Assembly: GCA_902783855.1 (NCBI GenBank)
Contig: CACZSU010000028.1
Coordinates: 1-48,113, forward strand
From: an uncultured Ruminococcus sp.
GTDB taxonomy: Bacteria; Bacillota; Clostridia; Oscillospirales; Acutalibacteraceae
Reading direction: 5' to 3'
DNA: 48,113 nucleotides
Below are positions 1 through 8,572 of this stretch, piece by piece. Below the pieces are notes generated by a model. It saw only the letters and a list, made by a program, of their open reading frames with translations, searched no databases and was not told the DNA's origin. Within the stretch, counting starts at the first letter, position 1. Each line of letters begins with the position of its first letter. The position numbers were made by a program, and so were the translations under genes.

Positions 1-244
1 CACCGGACATCCGCTTCTCGCCTGCCGGCTCGGTCGGTGCTTCTGCCTGCGGCAGAGATGTCCACCGGACATCCGCCCCCCCCTCCCTAAAAAAACTATA
101 AAAAAACGATAGTTTTTTATAAAAAGAGATCCATCCTAATTGTACAATTTACCTTGTTCAGAATTGATATTTTTAAAAATTGACTTCCTTGAGCAGGAGC
201 CGCCCCTGCTTTGAGCTTTGGGCTTTTTTATCAGTCAGATTATT

Positions 245-1561
245 TCATTGCCGGCTCTCTTTTTTTCTCAGATAAATAAATACGGTGATGATCAGAATCA
301 CAATAAACAGCAGCATCATAAAAACAGCAGCACCAAAAATGCCGGTGCCATAACGGCTGACATGGACAATAAGGCTGTCTGAAATCGTCCCGTCATCTGA
401 AGTAACAATGATTTCCGTCCCGCCGTCATTCAGTGCTGTAACCCTGCCGGTTTCATCCACACAGGCAATGGACGGATCCTTGCTCTGATACAACAGATGC
501 ACATTTGCCGCATTGGACGGGGTAAGCAAATAACTGATATCATAGGTGTCACCACTGTTCAGACTGACATTTTTCTGTACGACATGAATTTCTCTCAGAT
601 GGCTGCCCGCTGCGCTATTGCTCCCGTACAGTACCGCCATATCATGATCTGTCACAATACAGTTCAGATGAATATCCTTTGAATACACCCTTACAGACGC
701 AGAGATACCATCCTGTGAACCATTGGCGTCATATACCGTCAGCACATAGGAACCGTGAATGACCTGATGAAAGGCAAACTGACCGCTGCTGTCGGTGGTA
801 GTGCGGGCGGGGGTCTGACCGTCTGTCAGTTCAAGGGAAACGTGCGCCATTTTTTCTCCGGCAGCATCGTAAAGCGTACCGCTGATTTCTGCCAGCGCCT
901 CGGCATCACCTGCGGTCGATACCACACGCACAAAGCAGCCTGCACTGACTGCTGAGCTGGCAGATTCCACCGTGATCACTGCCGTTCCCACACCGGCTGC
1001 TTTCAGGTTCCCCTGCTGATCCACGGTAACCACATCGGGGTCGGAGCTGACAAAATACCGATAAGCATCCCCCTCATCCGGAAGTACTCTGGCGTCCAGT
1101 TTATCCGATTCCCCTTTGAGCAGCGTCAGCGTCTGATGATTCAGCGTAACGGCGGCAGGACCTTTTCCGGGTCTGACGGTAACCTTGCATTTAAGCTGCT
1201 TTTTGTCCCCGTATTTGCAGGTAACCTGCGTAGTTCCCTCATTCCGGGCAACAATAAGACCAGTCGGATCCACAGAAGCCACCGATTCATTTTCAGTTGT
1301 AAAGGACAAACCACCCCTGCCGTCAGCCATTGCAAGCCGGAAGCATTCTCCTGCATAAAGGTTGACTGCCTCCCGGTTCAGCCTTGCACCGTAAGCATCT
1401 CCGGTACCCGCCAGGCACACAGAGCGGAGCTGAGCAGCATGAAGGGTCATACTATACTGTGGAGAGCAGCAGTCTTGCCGGCTCGGCGCTGCAGAAACAC
1501 TGAAAGCACACCAAAAGCAAAGTAAAACCGTCAACAGTATTGATAATCCTGATTTTTTCAT
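245..1561 (-). CDS. Cell-surface protein with signal peptide, repeated Big_2-type Ig-like domains and a C-terminal membrane anchor
   Basis: 438-aa ORF. The N-terminus MKKSGLSILLTVLLCFWCAFSVSA is signal-like. It has repeated ...VASVDxxGxVxAxxxGTxxIT... Big_2-like segments. The C-terminal hydrophobic stretch FGAAVFMMLLFIVILIITVFIY is followed by the basic tail RKKESRQ. Confidence 0.7.
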   Translation of the reverse strand: MKKSGLSILLTVLLCFWCAFSVSAAPSRQDCCSPQYSMTLHAAQLRSVCLAGTGDAYGARLNREAVNLYAGECFRLAMADGRGGLSFTTENESVASVDPTGLIVARNEGTTQVTCKYGDKKQLKCKVTVRPGKGPAAVTLNHQTLTLLKGESDKLDARVLPDEGDAYRYFVSSDPDVVTVDQQGNLKAAGVGTAVITVESASSAVSAGCFVRVVSTAGDAEALAEISGTLYDAAGEKMAHVSLELTDGQTPARTTTDSSGQFAFHQVIHGSYVLTVYDANGSQDGISASVRVYSKDIHLNCIVTDHDMAVLYGSNSAAGSHLREIHVVQKNVSLNSGDTYDISYLLTPSNAANVHLLYQSKDPSIACVDETGRVTALNDGGTEIIVTSDDGTISDSLIVHVSRYGTGIFGAAVFMMLLFIVILIITVFIYLRKKESRQ

Positions 1562-1678
1562 ATGTTTCCTCCTCAGAAAACGCCGCAGGCGTTTTCTGTA
1601 TTATTCCCTATTCCCTATTCTCTATTATTTATTCTTATTATACACCCTCTGCCGGCTTTTGTCCACCACCATTAGCAG

Positions 1679-1844
1679 GCGCCGAGCCGGCGCTCCCTAG
1701 ACGCGTCAGTCGCTGCGCTTACGCTCCGCTCTGGTTAAGGCGTGTATTTGTTCACACCCGCGGAATGCATTTAGTTACACACGGCTTTTATGCAGCTTAT
1801 TCAAATTGGCAGTTACTCTTTTTTGCCCACTATAATTTTACACT
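1679..1844 (+). repeat. Dispersed intergenic repeat family, copy A (full length, about 166 bp)
   Basis: A GC hairpin (CGCCGAGCCGGCG) is followed by the core CTCCCTaGACGCGTCAGTCGCTGCGCTTACGCTCCGCTCTGGTTAAGG and ends in GCAGTTACTCTTTTTTGCCCACTATAATTTTACACT. Other copies lie at 9749, 12741, 12917, 31093 and, inverted, at 33501. Confidence 0.85.
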
Positions 1845-1878
1845 AACATCAGAAGCCGCCCTCATTTCTGACAAACAT

Positions 1879-1917
1879 CAGCCCGTCTATGGTCTGTAAG
1901 GGACTATAGACGGGCTG
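1879..1917 (-). terminator. Long hairpin downstream of metY, a possible terminator
   Basis: CAGCCCGTCTAT (1879-1890) pairs perfectly with ATAGACGGGCTG (1906-1917), with further inner pairs. On the minus strand it is followed by AUGUUUGUCAGAAAUG, which is only moderately U-rich. Confidence 0.4.
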
Positions 1918-2011
1918 AAAATTATGATGGGACGGGATTCAGATTACCAACTCCCTTTTGTTATCGCAGAATAATCCGCCGGCGCTTCCGATTCCACTAT
2001 CCACTAACCAC

Positions 2012-3283
2012 TCAAATGGCAGCAAGTGCCTGACGAATATCTTCCAGTATGTCCTCAATGTACTCTAAACCAACAGACATCCTGATGAGGTTGGGCTTTA
2101 CACCGCATTCCTCTAGCTGCTGATCATTCATCTGCCTGTGGGTGGTGCTCGCCGGATGTAATGCACAGGTGCGGCAGTCTGCTACGTGTATAACCAGCTT
2201 TATCAGCTTCAGACTGTCCATAAACTGCATTGCCTTCTCTCTGCCGCCCTTGACACCAAACGAAATTACTCCGCACGTACCCCCCGGCATATATTTCTTT
2301 GCTCTCTCATAATACTTGTTGCTCTCCAGACCGGGGAAGTTGACCCATTCAATCTTGTCATTCGCTTCCAGAAATTTTGCAACTGCCAGCGCATTCTCAC
2401 AATGACGCTCCATCCGCAGCGGCAGTGTTTCCAGCCCCAGATTCAACAAAAAGGCATTCTGCGGACTTTGCTGTGCGCCATAATCTCTCATCAGATGGGT
2501 TACTGCCTTGGTAATGTACGCTGCTTTACCAAAGCGCTCTGCATAGATTACTCCGTGATAGCTTTCATCCGGCTCCGTAAACATCGGGTATTTGCCGTTC
2601 GTCCAGTCAAAATTGCCGCTGTCTACGATAACACCGCCTAATGCCACTGCATGGCCGTCCATGTATTTCGTGGTAGAATGCGTCACAATATCTGCTCCCC
2701 ATTCAAACGGACGAAGGTTAACAGGCGTCGGGAAGGTGTTGTCTACGATCAACGGAACACCATGCGCATGAGCTATTTTTGCGTATAACTCAATATCCGC
2801 TACATCAAGTGACGGATTCGATACACTTTCAATAAATGCTGCTTTTGTGTTCTCACGGAATGCGGCATTGATTTCTTCCTCTGTGGCATCCGGATGTACA
2901 AATGTGAATTCAATACCCAATTCCCGCAGCGACTTGTTGAACAGATTGAATGTACCGCCGTAAATAGCAGCAGCACATACGACATGATCGCCTGCATGAC
3001 AGATATTCGTCACTGACATCATGCTGGCAGCCTGACCAGAGGATGTCAGCATTGCTCCCACGCCGCCCTCTAAAGCAGCAATCTTCGCAGCAACTGTGCT
3101 CAGCGTCGGATTGGTCAGACGGGTGTAGAAAAATCCGTCCTCCTCCAGATCAAACAGCTTTCCCAGGGTTGCCGCATTGTCATACTTGAAGGTCGTACTC
3201 TGTACGATCGGTACTACTCTTGGCTCTCCGTTTTTCGGGTCATAGCCTGCCTGTAAGCATTTGGTATTAATATGGTATTCCAT
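2012..3283 (-). CDS. metY: O-acetylhomoserine sulfhydrylase (PLP-dependent Cys/Met metabolism enzyme)
   Basis: The ORF translation shows family hallmarks (VPIVQSTTF, SGQAA, HSTTKYMDGH with the PLP lysine, VNFPGL). The start is placed at ATG 3283 (MEYHINTK) because AAAGGAGAGG lies just upstream; the ORF-track start at 3319 has no ribosome-binding site. Confidence 0.9.
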   Translation of the reverse strand: MEYHINTKCLQAGYDPKNGEPRVVPIVQSTTFKYDNAATLGKLFDLEEDGFFYTRLTNPTLSTVAAKIAALEGGVGAMLTSSGQAASMMSVTNICHAGDHVVCAAAIYGGTFNLFNKSLRELGIEFTFVHPDATEEEINAAFRENTKAAFIESVSNPSLDVADIELYAKIAHAHGVPLIVDNTFPTPVNLRPFEWGADIVTHSTTKYMDGHAVALGGVIVDSGNFDWTNGKYPMFTEPDESYHGVIYAERFGKAAYITKAVTHLMRDYGAQQSPQNAFLLNLGLETLPLRMERHCENALAVAKFLEANDKIEWVNFPGLESNKYYERAKKYMPGGTCGVISFGVKGGREKAMQFMDSLKLIKLVIHVADCRTCALHPASTTHRQMNDQQLEECGVKPNLIRMSVGLEYIEDILEDIRQALAAI

Positions 3284-3296
3284 TGTAACCTCTCCT

Positions 3297-4034
3297 TTAT
3301 CGGTTGTTTTTATAATCATCAGTCAGTGACTGATCATTTCCTTCTTTTGTCACCAGCTCCTGATAGAGCCGGATCACATCCTCTGACACCGCTTCGGGCT
3401 GCCGTGATGCATCCACTATGCGGATGGGATCGCTGTCCTTCAGCCGTGCGAATACTTCAAAAAAACGTGCGCGAATTCTGCGCTGCATTTCTATATTTTC
3501 ATAAATTTCCCTGTCAAAACGGTTTTCGGCAATCCGCTTGTCGCATTGCTCCGTATCCACATCCAGAAAGATGCACAAATCAGGGGCGGTAATCTCACGG
3601 CAGTCCAGATTCATCCGCATGACCCAGTCAAGGTCTGCATCCGTCCCCTGATAAGCAAAGGACGAATAATAATATCTGTCACAGATCACATCTATTCCTT
3701 CATCCAGAAACTTCCGGATCCCGTTTCTGGGATTGACATTATGAAAAATCCTGTCTGCTAAAAATAATGCGGATAGTTCATACGCATCCCGCCCGACAAA
3801 CCCGCCTAGGGCATCCCGTATCATCCCCCCAAGGGACGAGGACGTTGGCTCTGCGGTGAGATATGCCTGTCTGCCGGTACTGCGGATATAATCGCTCAGA
3901 AGCCGTATCTGTGTTCCCTTGCCGGAGCCGTCCAGACCCTCCAGTACGATCAGTTTTCCTCTCACGTTCCCTGTCACCACTTTCTTTTTGGTTTTCAACT
4001 CAATAGGAATGATAGCGAATAACGATTTTAACAT
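3297..4034 (-). CDS. tmk: dTMP (thymidylate) kinase
   Basis: It has the P-loop LIVLEGLDGSGKGTQ, the motif DRYYYSSFAYQG and a lid region. The start is uncertain: several in-frame candidates exist and the longest ORF overlaps the upstream gene's 3' end. Confidence 0.85.
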   Translation of the reverse strand: MLKSLFAIIPIELKTKKKVVTGNVRGKLIVLEGLDGSGKGTQIRLLSDYIRSTGRQAYLTAEPTSSSLGGMIRDALGGFVGRDAYELSALFLADRIFHNVNPRNGIRKFLDEGIDVICDRYYYSSFAYQGTDADLDWVMRMNLDCREITAPDLCIFLDVDTEQCDKRIAENRFDREIYENIEMQRRIRARFFEVFARLKDSDPIRIVDASRQPEAVSEDVIRLYQELVTKEGNDQSLTDDYKNNR

Positions 4035-4656
4035 CCGGATAATAGCGGTCGCCTTTTTTATAGCGGATATCACCGCCCACAGATACCTCGCTGATCTGAC
4101 CGTCCGAATGTAACAGCCCTACCACCAGATCCCCCAGCGGCTCCGTTTTGATATTGACAAAGCCTGCCTGTGTCAGGGCATCCACCACCTGCTTCACTGA
4201 CAGATCTCTGATATCATCGGAACAAATCGGCAGACCTGTCATGCCGTCGCTGGTATCTGCTATAACCGGCTCTCCGCCTGAATCCTCTGGAGTTGTGCTT
4301 TCTTCGCTGCCTGCAAAGGAATGGTAGCGGATGATAATGTAGACATCCGGGTCAAACCGTTCGTTCTTTTTGAAATTGCGTTCCCCGTCTGCGGAAACCT
4401 CATCCACTGAGCCGTCCTTTTTCAGCCACCCCAACACCAGATCATTCATTGGCTGGGCGCAGACATTTATAAATCCAACCTCCCGGAGCTTGGTGACCAC
4501 ATCTTCATAATGGCGGCTGCGCATTTCGCTTGCCGACATCGGCATCGCAATACGGTGATCTTCCTCTCCGCTGCCGCAGCCTGCGAAAATCCATATCAAA
4601 GCAACTGCCAGACATACTGCCAGCGCTTTTTTCCACCCTGCTGTCCTCACTTTCAT
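4000..4656 (-). CDS. Lipoprotein with an internally duplicated domain of about 70 aa
   Basis: The signal and lipobox read ALAVCLAVALIWIFAGC. Two homologous modules follow: VVTKLREVGFINVCAQPMNDLVLGWLKKDGSVDEVSADGERNFKKNERFDPDVYIIIRYHS and VVDALTQAGFVNIKTEPLGDLVVGLLHSDGQISEVSVGGDIRYKKGDRYYPDVKIVIRYHSY. Confidence 0.6.
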   Translation of the reverse strand: MKVRTAGWKKALAVCLAVALIWIFAGCGSGEEDHRIAMPMSASEMRSRHYEDVVTKLREVGFINVCAQPMNDLVLGWLKKDGSVDEVSADGERNFKKNERFDPDVYIIIRYHSFAGSEESTTPEDSGGEPVIADTSDGMTGLPICSDDIRDLSVKQVVDALTQAGFVNIKTEPLGDLVVGLLHSDGQISEVSVGGDIRYKKGDRYYPDVKIVIRYHSY

Positions 4657-4696
4657 CCGCTCCTTCCACGGCTGCCTGTCAAATAGACAGCAGCCG

Positions 4697-5242
4697 TCAA
4701 TCCGGTTTCATGATTTTACTGATATAAGCAGCCGGCACATATTCCGTCAGCCATACCTTGTTTTCAGACAAATAAAACGGGTAGCCTTCCCTTGCCATAT
4801 CACCGCTGCGCACAAGATAAATCACCGGCTTTCCATGCCGTTTGCCAACTGTCAGCGCTGTTTTTTCGTCAGCCGACAGATGTACATACAGACGTCTGCC
4901 ATGCCGCAAGCCTTCCTTATCAATGGACGCTGCATATTTTTCCGCCGTACCATGGTACAGCCATTCAGGCGGCGCTGTCTGTTTCAGCTCCACATCCACG
5001 GGAATGGAATGTCCCTGATTGGCACGGATGCAGCTTTTGTCCTCATTGAAGGAATAACGCTGTTTGCTGTCTGTTCTGACGATTTCTTCCAGCATTTCCA
5101 TTGTAAACGGAGTACGGCGGGCAATTCCTTTGATCAGCTGCTGTGTATCCGCCCAGCCATGACAATCCAGCGTAATACCGATCACCTCCGGCTTATGCCG
5201 CAGTATCAGGCTCATGAAACGGCTGATATCCGTCAGTGTCAT
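4697..5242 (-). CDS. kptA: RNA 2'-phosphotransferase (Tpt1/KptA family)
   Basis: KptA motifs are present: LRHKPEVIGITLDxHGWA, RYSF, IRANQGHS, LYHGT and VHLS. The start is taken at the internal MTLTDISRF (5242), which clears the upstream nitroreductase stop at 5262. Confidence 0.85.
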   Translation of the reverse strand: MTLTDISRFMSLILRHKPEVIGITLDCHGWADTQQLIKGIARRTPFTMEMLEEIVRTDSKQRYSFNEDKSCIRANQGHSIPVDVELKQTAPPEWLYHGTAEKYAASIDKEGLRHGRRLYVHLSADEKTALTVGKRHGKPVIYLVRSGDMAREGYPFYLSENKVWLTEYVPAAYISKIMKPD

Positions 5243-5261
5243 ACAAATACCCTCTTTCTGC

Positions 5262-5792
5262 TCAGCGGATAACATACACCCTGTCAGACTTTCTTTCGGC
5301 GGCAGCCGGCATATCGCCGTCCGGGTACCCCAGAACGCAGTGTCCGATACCCTCCCATTCACCTTCTATACCCAGATCACGGAGTATTTCTCTGCCCAGA
5401 TCGGTTTCCAGTTCTTCCTTGGCACGATGAATCCAACAGCTGCCGATACCCAACGAATGGGCTGCCAGCATCAGATTCCCCATCACAAGGCTGCCGTCAT
5501 ACACATAGGTCGGACGGCTTTTATCCGCAATAACCAGTATCACAACAGGCGCCCCATAAAACGGATCAAAGCTGCTGTCCCAGCCGCCGATCTGACAATT
5601 CAGCGCAGAGAGCTGATCTCTCAGTGTACGGTTTGTCACAGCGATCAGACGTACACCCTGGAATCCCCTGCCGCTGGCAGCATACAGACCTGCCTCAAGG
5701 ATAGCCTGAATCTCTTCCTCAGCAGGCATAGTATCCTTAAATCTGCGCACACTTCTTCTTTCCATCAGTGCCTTCATTACATCATTCATCAT
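5262..5792 (-). CDS. Nitroreductase family protein
   Basis: 176 aa. It has the N-terminal ERRSVRRF motif and the length and pattern typical of FMN nitroreductases. Confidence 0.8.
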   Translation of the reverse strand: MMNDVMKALMERRSVRRFKDTMPAEEEIQAILEAGLYAASGRGFQGVRLIAVTNRTLRDQLSALNCQIGGWDSSFDPFYGAPVVILVIADKSRPTYVYDGSLVMGNLMLAAHSLGIGSCWIHRAKEELETDLGREILRDLGIEGEWEGIGHCVLGYPDGDMPAAAERKSDRVYVIR

Positions 5793-5810
5793 CGTTACAT
5801 CCTTTCTGAA

Positions 5811-6941
5811 TTATTCTTTCAGACTGGCAGCATCAAAATTAAATAATCGGGTTTTGCTCCACCATCTGGAAACAGGCGTCATCACCCAGTGTGCCAGCAC
5901 ATCAAACAGTCCCGCTGCCGCAAATGATCCTGCCAGCAGGAGAAAATAACACCCCAACGCGGACAGCACACCGCCCCTGAACATTTTCGGCACATCTATT
6001 ACAAGCATGATCATACGTATGACCGTAGTATGCAGCAGGAAAATACCGAAGGAGCTTTTGGCAACGAAATTGATCACAGACGAGCTGCCCACATCAATGC
6101 GTGTAAAGAAATCAAACAAAGCTGCCGCCTGAATTACCACCAGAGCGGTATCATATCCCAGCAGACCGCCTGTTCCGCCGAGCTTCGGCACAGCCATGGT
6201 AACAGCACAATTGATCAGGGAACAGCCGAGCGCCGCTGCCAGCTCCAGATATTTCATCCCGGCATTGCGGAAGACGATGGGGTATTTTTTGAGATAACCT
6301 CCCAGCAGATAAATGTACATAAAGTTAATCAGCGTAAAGCCGCTGCCGTTTCCATCACGTGCAATCGTAAAGACCTCAATCACCTTGCTTCCGGTCAGAT
6401 TTTTGTAGGAATCAATGATTGTCGGCCACAGACAGAACAGCACAAAGCCCACAATGATCAGCCGCCGGTAGGACTGACGGCTCATACCCCTGACCATGCG
6501 GTTCAGATACGGCGATATCACATAAAGTGTGCAGTATAAAAAGACATAATAGCTTTTCGGAAAGATATTCTGTAACAGGTACTTAACCTCCATCGGCACA
6601 CCGTTTGCAAGATGCAGTGATACATACTTGACAACACTGTATACACTGCATACAAAGAACAGATTGATGGCTTTTCCGATTTTGCGCTTATCGTTGTCAA
6701 TCATAAAATAGCCCGAAATCAGAATAAAAATATCCACCGCCGTGATGGAAAAACAAAACAGCCAGTTGGTCGCTCCCCACGCCAGAAATGACCCGGATGC
6801 CTTTGCATATTTTATGCCCCCGATAATAGCCGGATTCAGCATATGCAGACTGATCACCATCAGCGTACACAATATCCGGAGTAATTCAATATTCGATTTC
6901 CGCATTTTCTTTGACCCGATCACTTTCTCTTTCATCAACAT
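5811..6941 (-). CDS. Membrane acyltransferase (acyltransferase_3 family)
   Basis: A polytopic membrane protein beginning ...NIELLRILCTLMVISLH, the acyltransferase-3 N-terminal signature. The start is set at MLMKEK (6941) because AAAGGAGG lies 8 nt upstream. Confidence 0.8.
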   Translation of the reverse strand: MLMKEKVIGSKKMRKSNIELLRILCTLMVISLHMLNPAIIGGIKYAKASGSFLAWGATNWLFCFSITAVDIFILISGYFMIDNDKRKIGKAINLFFVCSVYSVVKYVSLHLANGVPMEVKYLLQNIFPKSYYVFLYCTLYVISPYLNRMVRGMSRQSYRRLIIVGFVLFCLWPTIIDSYKNLTGSKVIEVFTIARDGNGSGFTLINFMYIYLLGGYLKKYPIVFRNAGMKYLELAAALGCSLINCAVTMAVPKLGGTGGLLGYDTALVVIQAAALFDFFTRIDVGSSSVINFVAKSSFGIFLLHTTVIRMIMLVIDVPKMFRGGVLSALGCYFLLLAGSFAAAGLFDVLAHWVMTPVSRWWSKTRLFNFDAASLKE

Positions 6942-6995
6942 TCCTCCATCCTCCTTTATCATACCACACCCCCTATTGGATTTCAACTAAAATCA

Positions 6996-7043
6996 GCTGC
7001 TGCTCCCTGAACGCGTCATTCGCTGCGCCGGCGTGCCGCCGGT
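6996..7043 (+). repeat. Dispersed intergenic repeat, partial copy H (core plus GC hairpin)
   Basis: GCTGCTGCTCCCTGAACGCGTCATTCGCTGCGCCGGCGTGCCGCCGG matches the family core. An inverted partial (GGCGCCGAGCCGGCGCTCCC on the minus strand) lies at 7258-7280. Confidence 0.7.
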
Positions 7044-7048
7044 GTCAC

Positions 7049-7256
7049 TGCTCTCGGTCGAATACCCTGCCCCTTCTCCTATTGCATCACCTACGTGTGG
7101 GCTTGACTTGTATTAGCTTAAGCGGACGGATGGCAGCAGGGGAGTTAAGGAAAAGGGATTTCCAAAGGGGAAGACTTTAAGAGGGGCAGCCAATACACGG
7201 CAAGCCCACAAAGCGGAGCCGGATAGTATGAAGGGTCAAAAGATTCGACCGAGAGC
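7049..7256. repeat. Inverted-repeat-bounded 208-bp segment (14-bp perfect terminal inverted repeats)
   Basis: GCTCTCGGTCGAAT (7049-7062) and ATTCGACCGAGAGC (7243-7256) are perfect reverse complements. Internal complementary pairs include GTGTGGGCTTG (7094-7104) with CAAGCCCACA (7201-7210). Confidence 0.6.
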
Positions 7257-7428
7257 ATCGGGAGCGCCGGCTCGGCGCCCTCTTGTGGTCTTCCTCTTTG
7301 GTCTAACAACCAGCGGCTGTCATCAAAGCACCCCGGCGAACGCCGCTATAAAAGCTGCGGGGCTATTTCGCAAACTTCCCTTAGCTGCTCAATTTTTCTT
7401 TACTCCTGACCCCTCACTTCACACTTTG

Positions 7429-8004
7429 TTATGCAGTGAGAAATATTTCAAGTCCAATCAGAATCAGAATCACGCCGCCGAGAATGGACGCCTTGCCGGC
7501 AATCCTGACACCGATTTTCTTTCCCAGAAATAAACCCGCAACACAAATGACAAACGTGATAGCGCCAATAATGAGGGATTCTCCCAATGCCTGCTGCCAT
7601 GTGTAATCCGTTATGGTCAGACCAACAGACAGTGCGTCAATGGAAGTCGCAATTCCCTGTACAAACAGTCCCTTTTTGCCCACAGCATCGGTCAGTTCCT
7701 GGCTTTCGTCACCACGAATTCCCTCTATCAGCATTTTACCGCCCATAATTGCCAGCAGCACCAGCGCAATCCATGGTATCCATCGCCGGAACGCAAGAAA
7801 GTAATCCGCAATGGTATGCAGACAGACCCAGCCGATCATCGGCATCAGAAACTGAAACACACCAAATGTTCCGGCAATCAGACAGACACGTTTAAAGGTC
7901 ATTTTCGGCTCGTGCAGACCGTTTGCCAAAGACACAGAAAAGGCGTCCATCGCCAGTCCTACACCAAACAATACACTGTTCAAAATAAATAATACAATCT
8001 CCAT
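7429..8004 (-). CDS. mntP: Manganese efflux pump MntP (two DUF204 repeats)
   Basis: MEIVLFILNSVLFGVGLAMDAFSVSLANG plus a second repeat with SIDALSVG; six TM segments. The start is taken at the internal MEI (8004). Confidence 0.85.
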   Translation of the reverse strand: MEIVLFILNSVLFGVGLAMDAFSVSLANGLHEPKMTFKRVCLIAGTFGVFQFLMPMIGWVCLHTIADYFLAFRRWIPWIALVLLAIMGGKMLIEGIRGDESQELTDAVGKKGLFVQGIATSIDALSVGLTITDYTWQQALGESLIIGAITFVICVAGLFLGKKIGVRIAGKASILGGVILILIGLEIFLTA

Positions 8005-8080
8005 TGACGTCCTCCATATAAACAAGAATCCGTTTTTCAGGAAAGGGTTCTCTCCGACATCACCGACCGGACATATGCAC

Positions 8081-8572
8081 TCAGGGTAAATCAAGATAAT
8101 ACAGCAAAAACCGTCGTGCCAGACTGTCAGGCTTGATCGCTTGTATCGCCTGTTCCCGGCTCATCCAGACAGCAGTATCTACTTCACTTTTGTCCATCTT
8201 CCCCAGATCAGTATCTGCCGCATGGCAGATATAATTGATCATCAGTGTATTGCTTGGTGCAAAAAATGCGCTTTTGTTATAGCGCAGCGCGGTGATTTCT
8301 AATCCGATTTCCTCCCGCAGCTCTCTTACGGCTGCTTCTTCGGCACTTTCGCCCCTGTTTATATAACCCGCTACCAAAATATAGTCTTTTTTCCCGTATT
8401 GTTGTATCAGCAAAATGTTTTCTGAATCAGGGCTGACAACAATCATACTGACAGCAACGGAAAATACCTCGAACTGCCATCTTCCGCATCGGCTGCAATG
8501 TGGAACCATACCTTCCCTTTCATTCAGAAAATCTGGCTGCAGCTTTCCTCCACACTCATAACAATACTTCAT
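8081..8572 (-). CDS. NUDIX hydrolase with N-terminal zinc ribbon (NudC-like architecture)
   Basis: The Nudix box reads GYINRGESAEEAAVRELREEIGLE. The N-terminal CYECGG...CSRCG supplies four Cys. Confidence 0.8.
   Translation of the reverse strand: MKYCYECGGKLQPDFLNEREGMVPHCSRCGRWQFEVFSVAVSMIVVSPDSENILLIQQYGKKDYILVAGYINRGESAEEAAVRELREEIGLEITALRYNKSAFFAPSNTLMINYICHAADTDLGKMDKSEVDTAVWMSREQAIQAIKPDSLARRFLLYYLDLP

Noticed and set aside
8005-8200. An expected yybP-ykoY (Mn2+) riboswitch upstream of mntP
   Set aside because: Only about 76 nt separate mntP from the NUDIX gene. The minus-strand leader (…GUCGGAGAGAACCCUUUCC…) lacks the conserved GGGGAGUAG and UUGACAUA elements I would expect, so no call is made.
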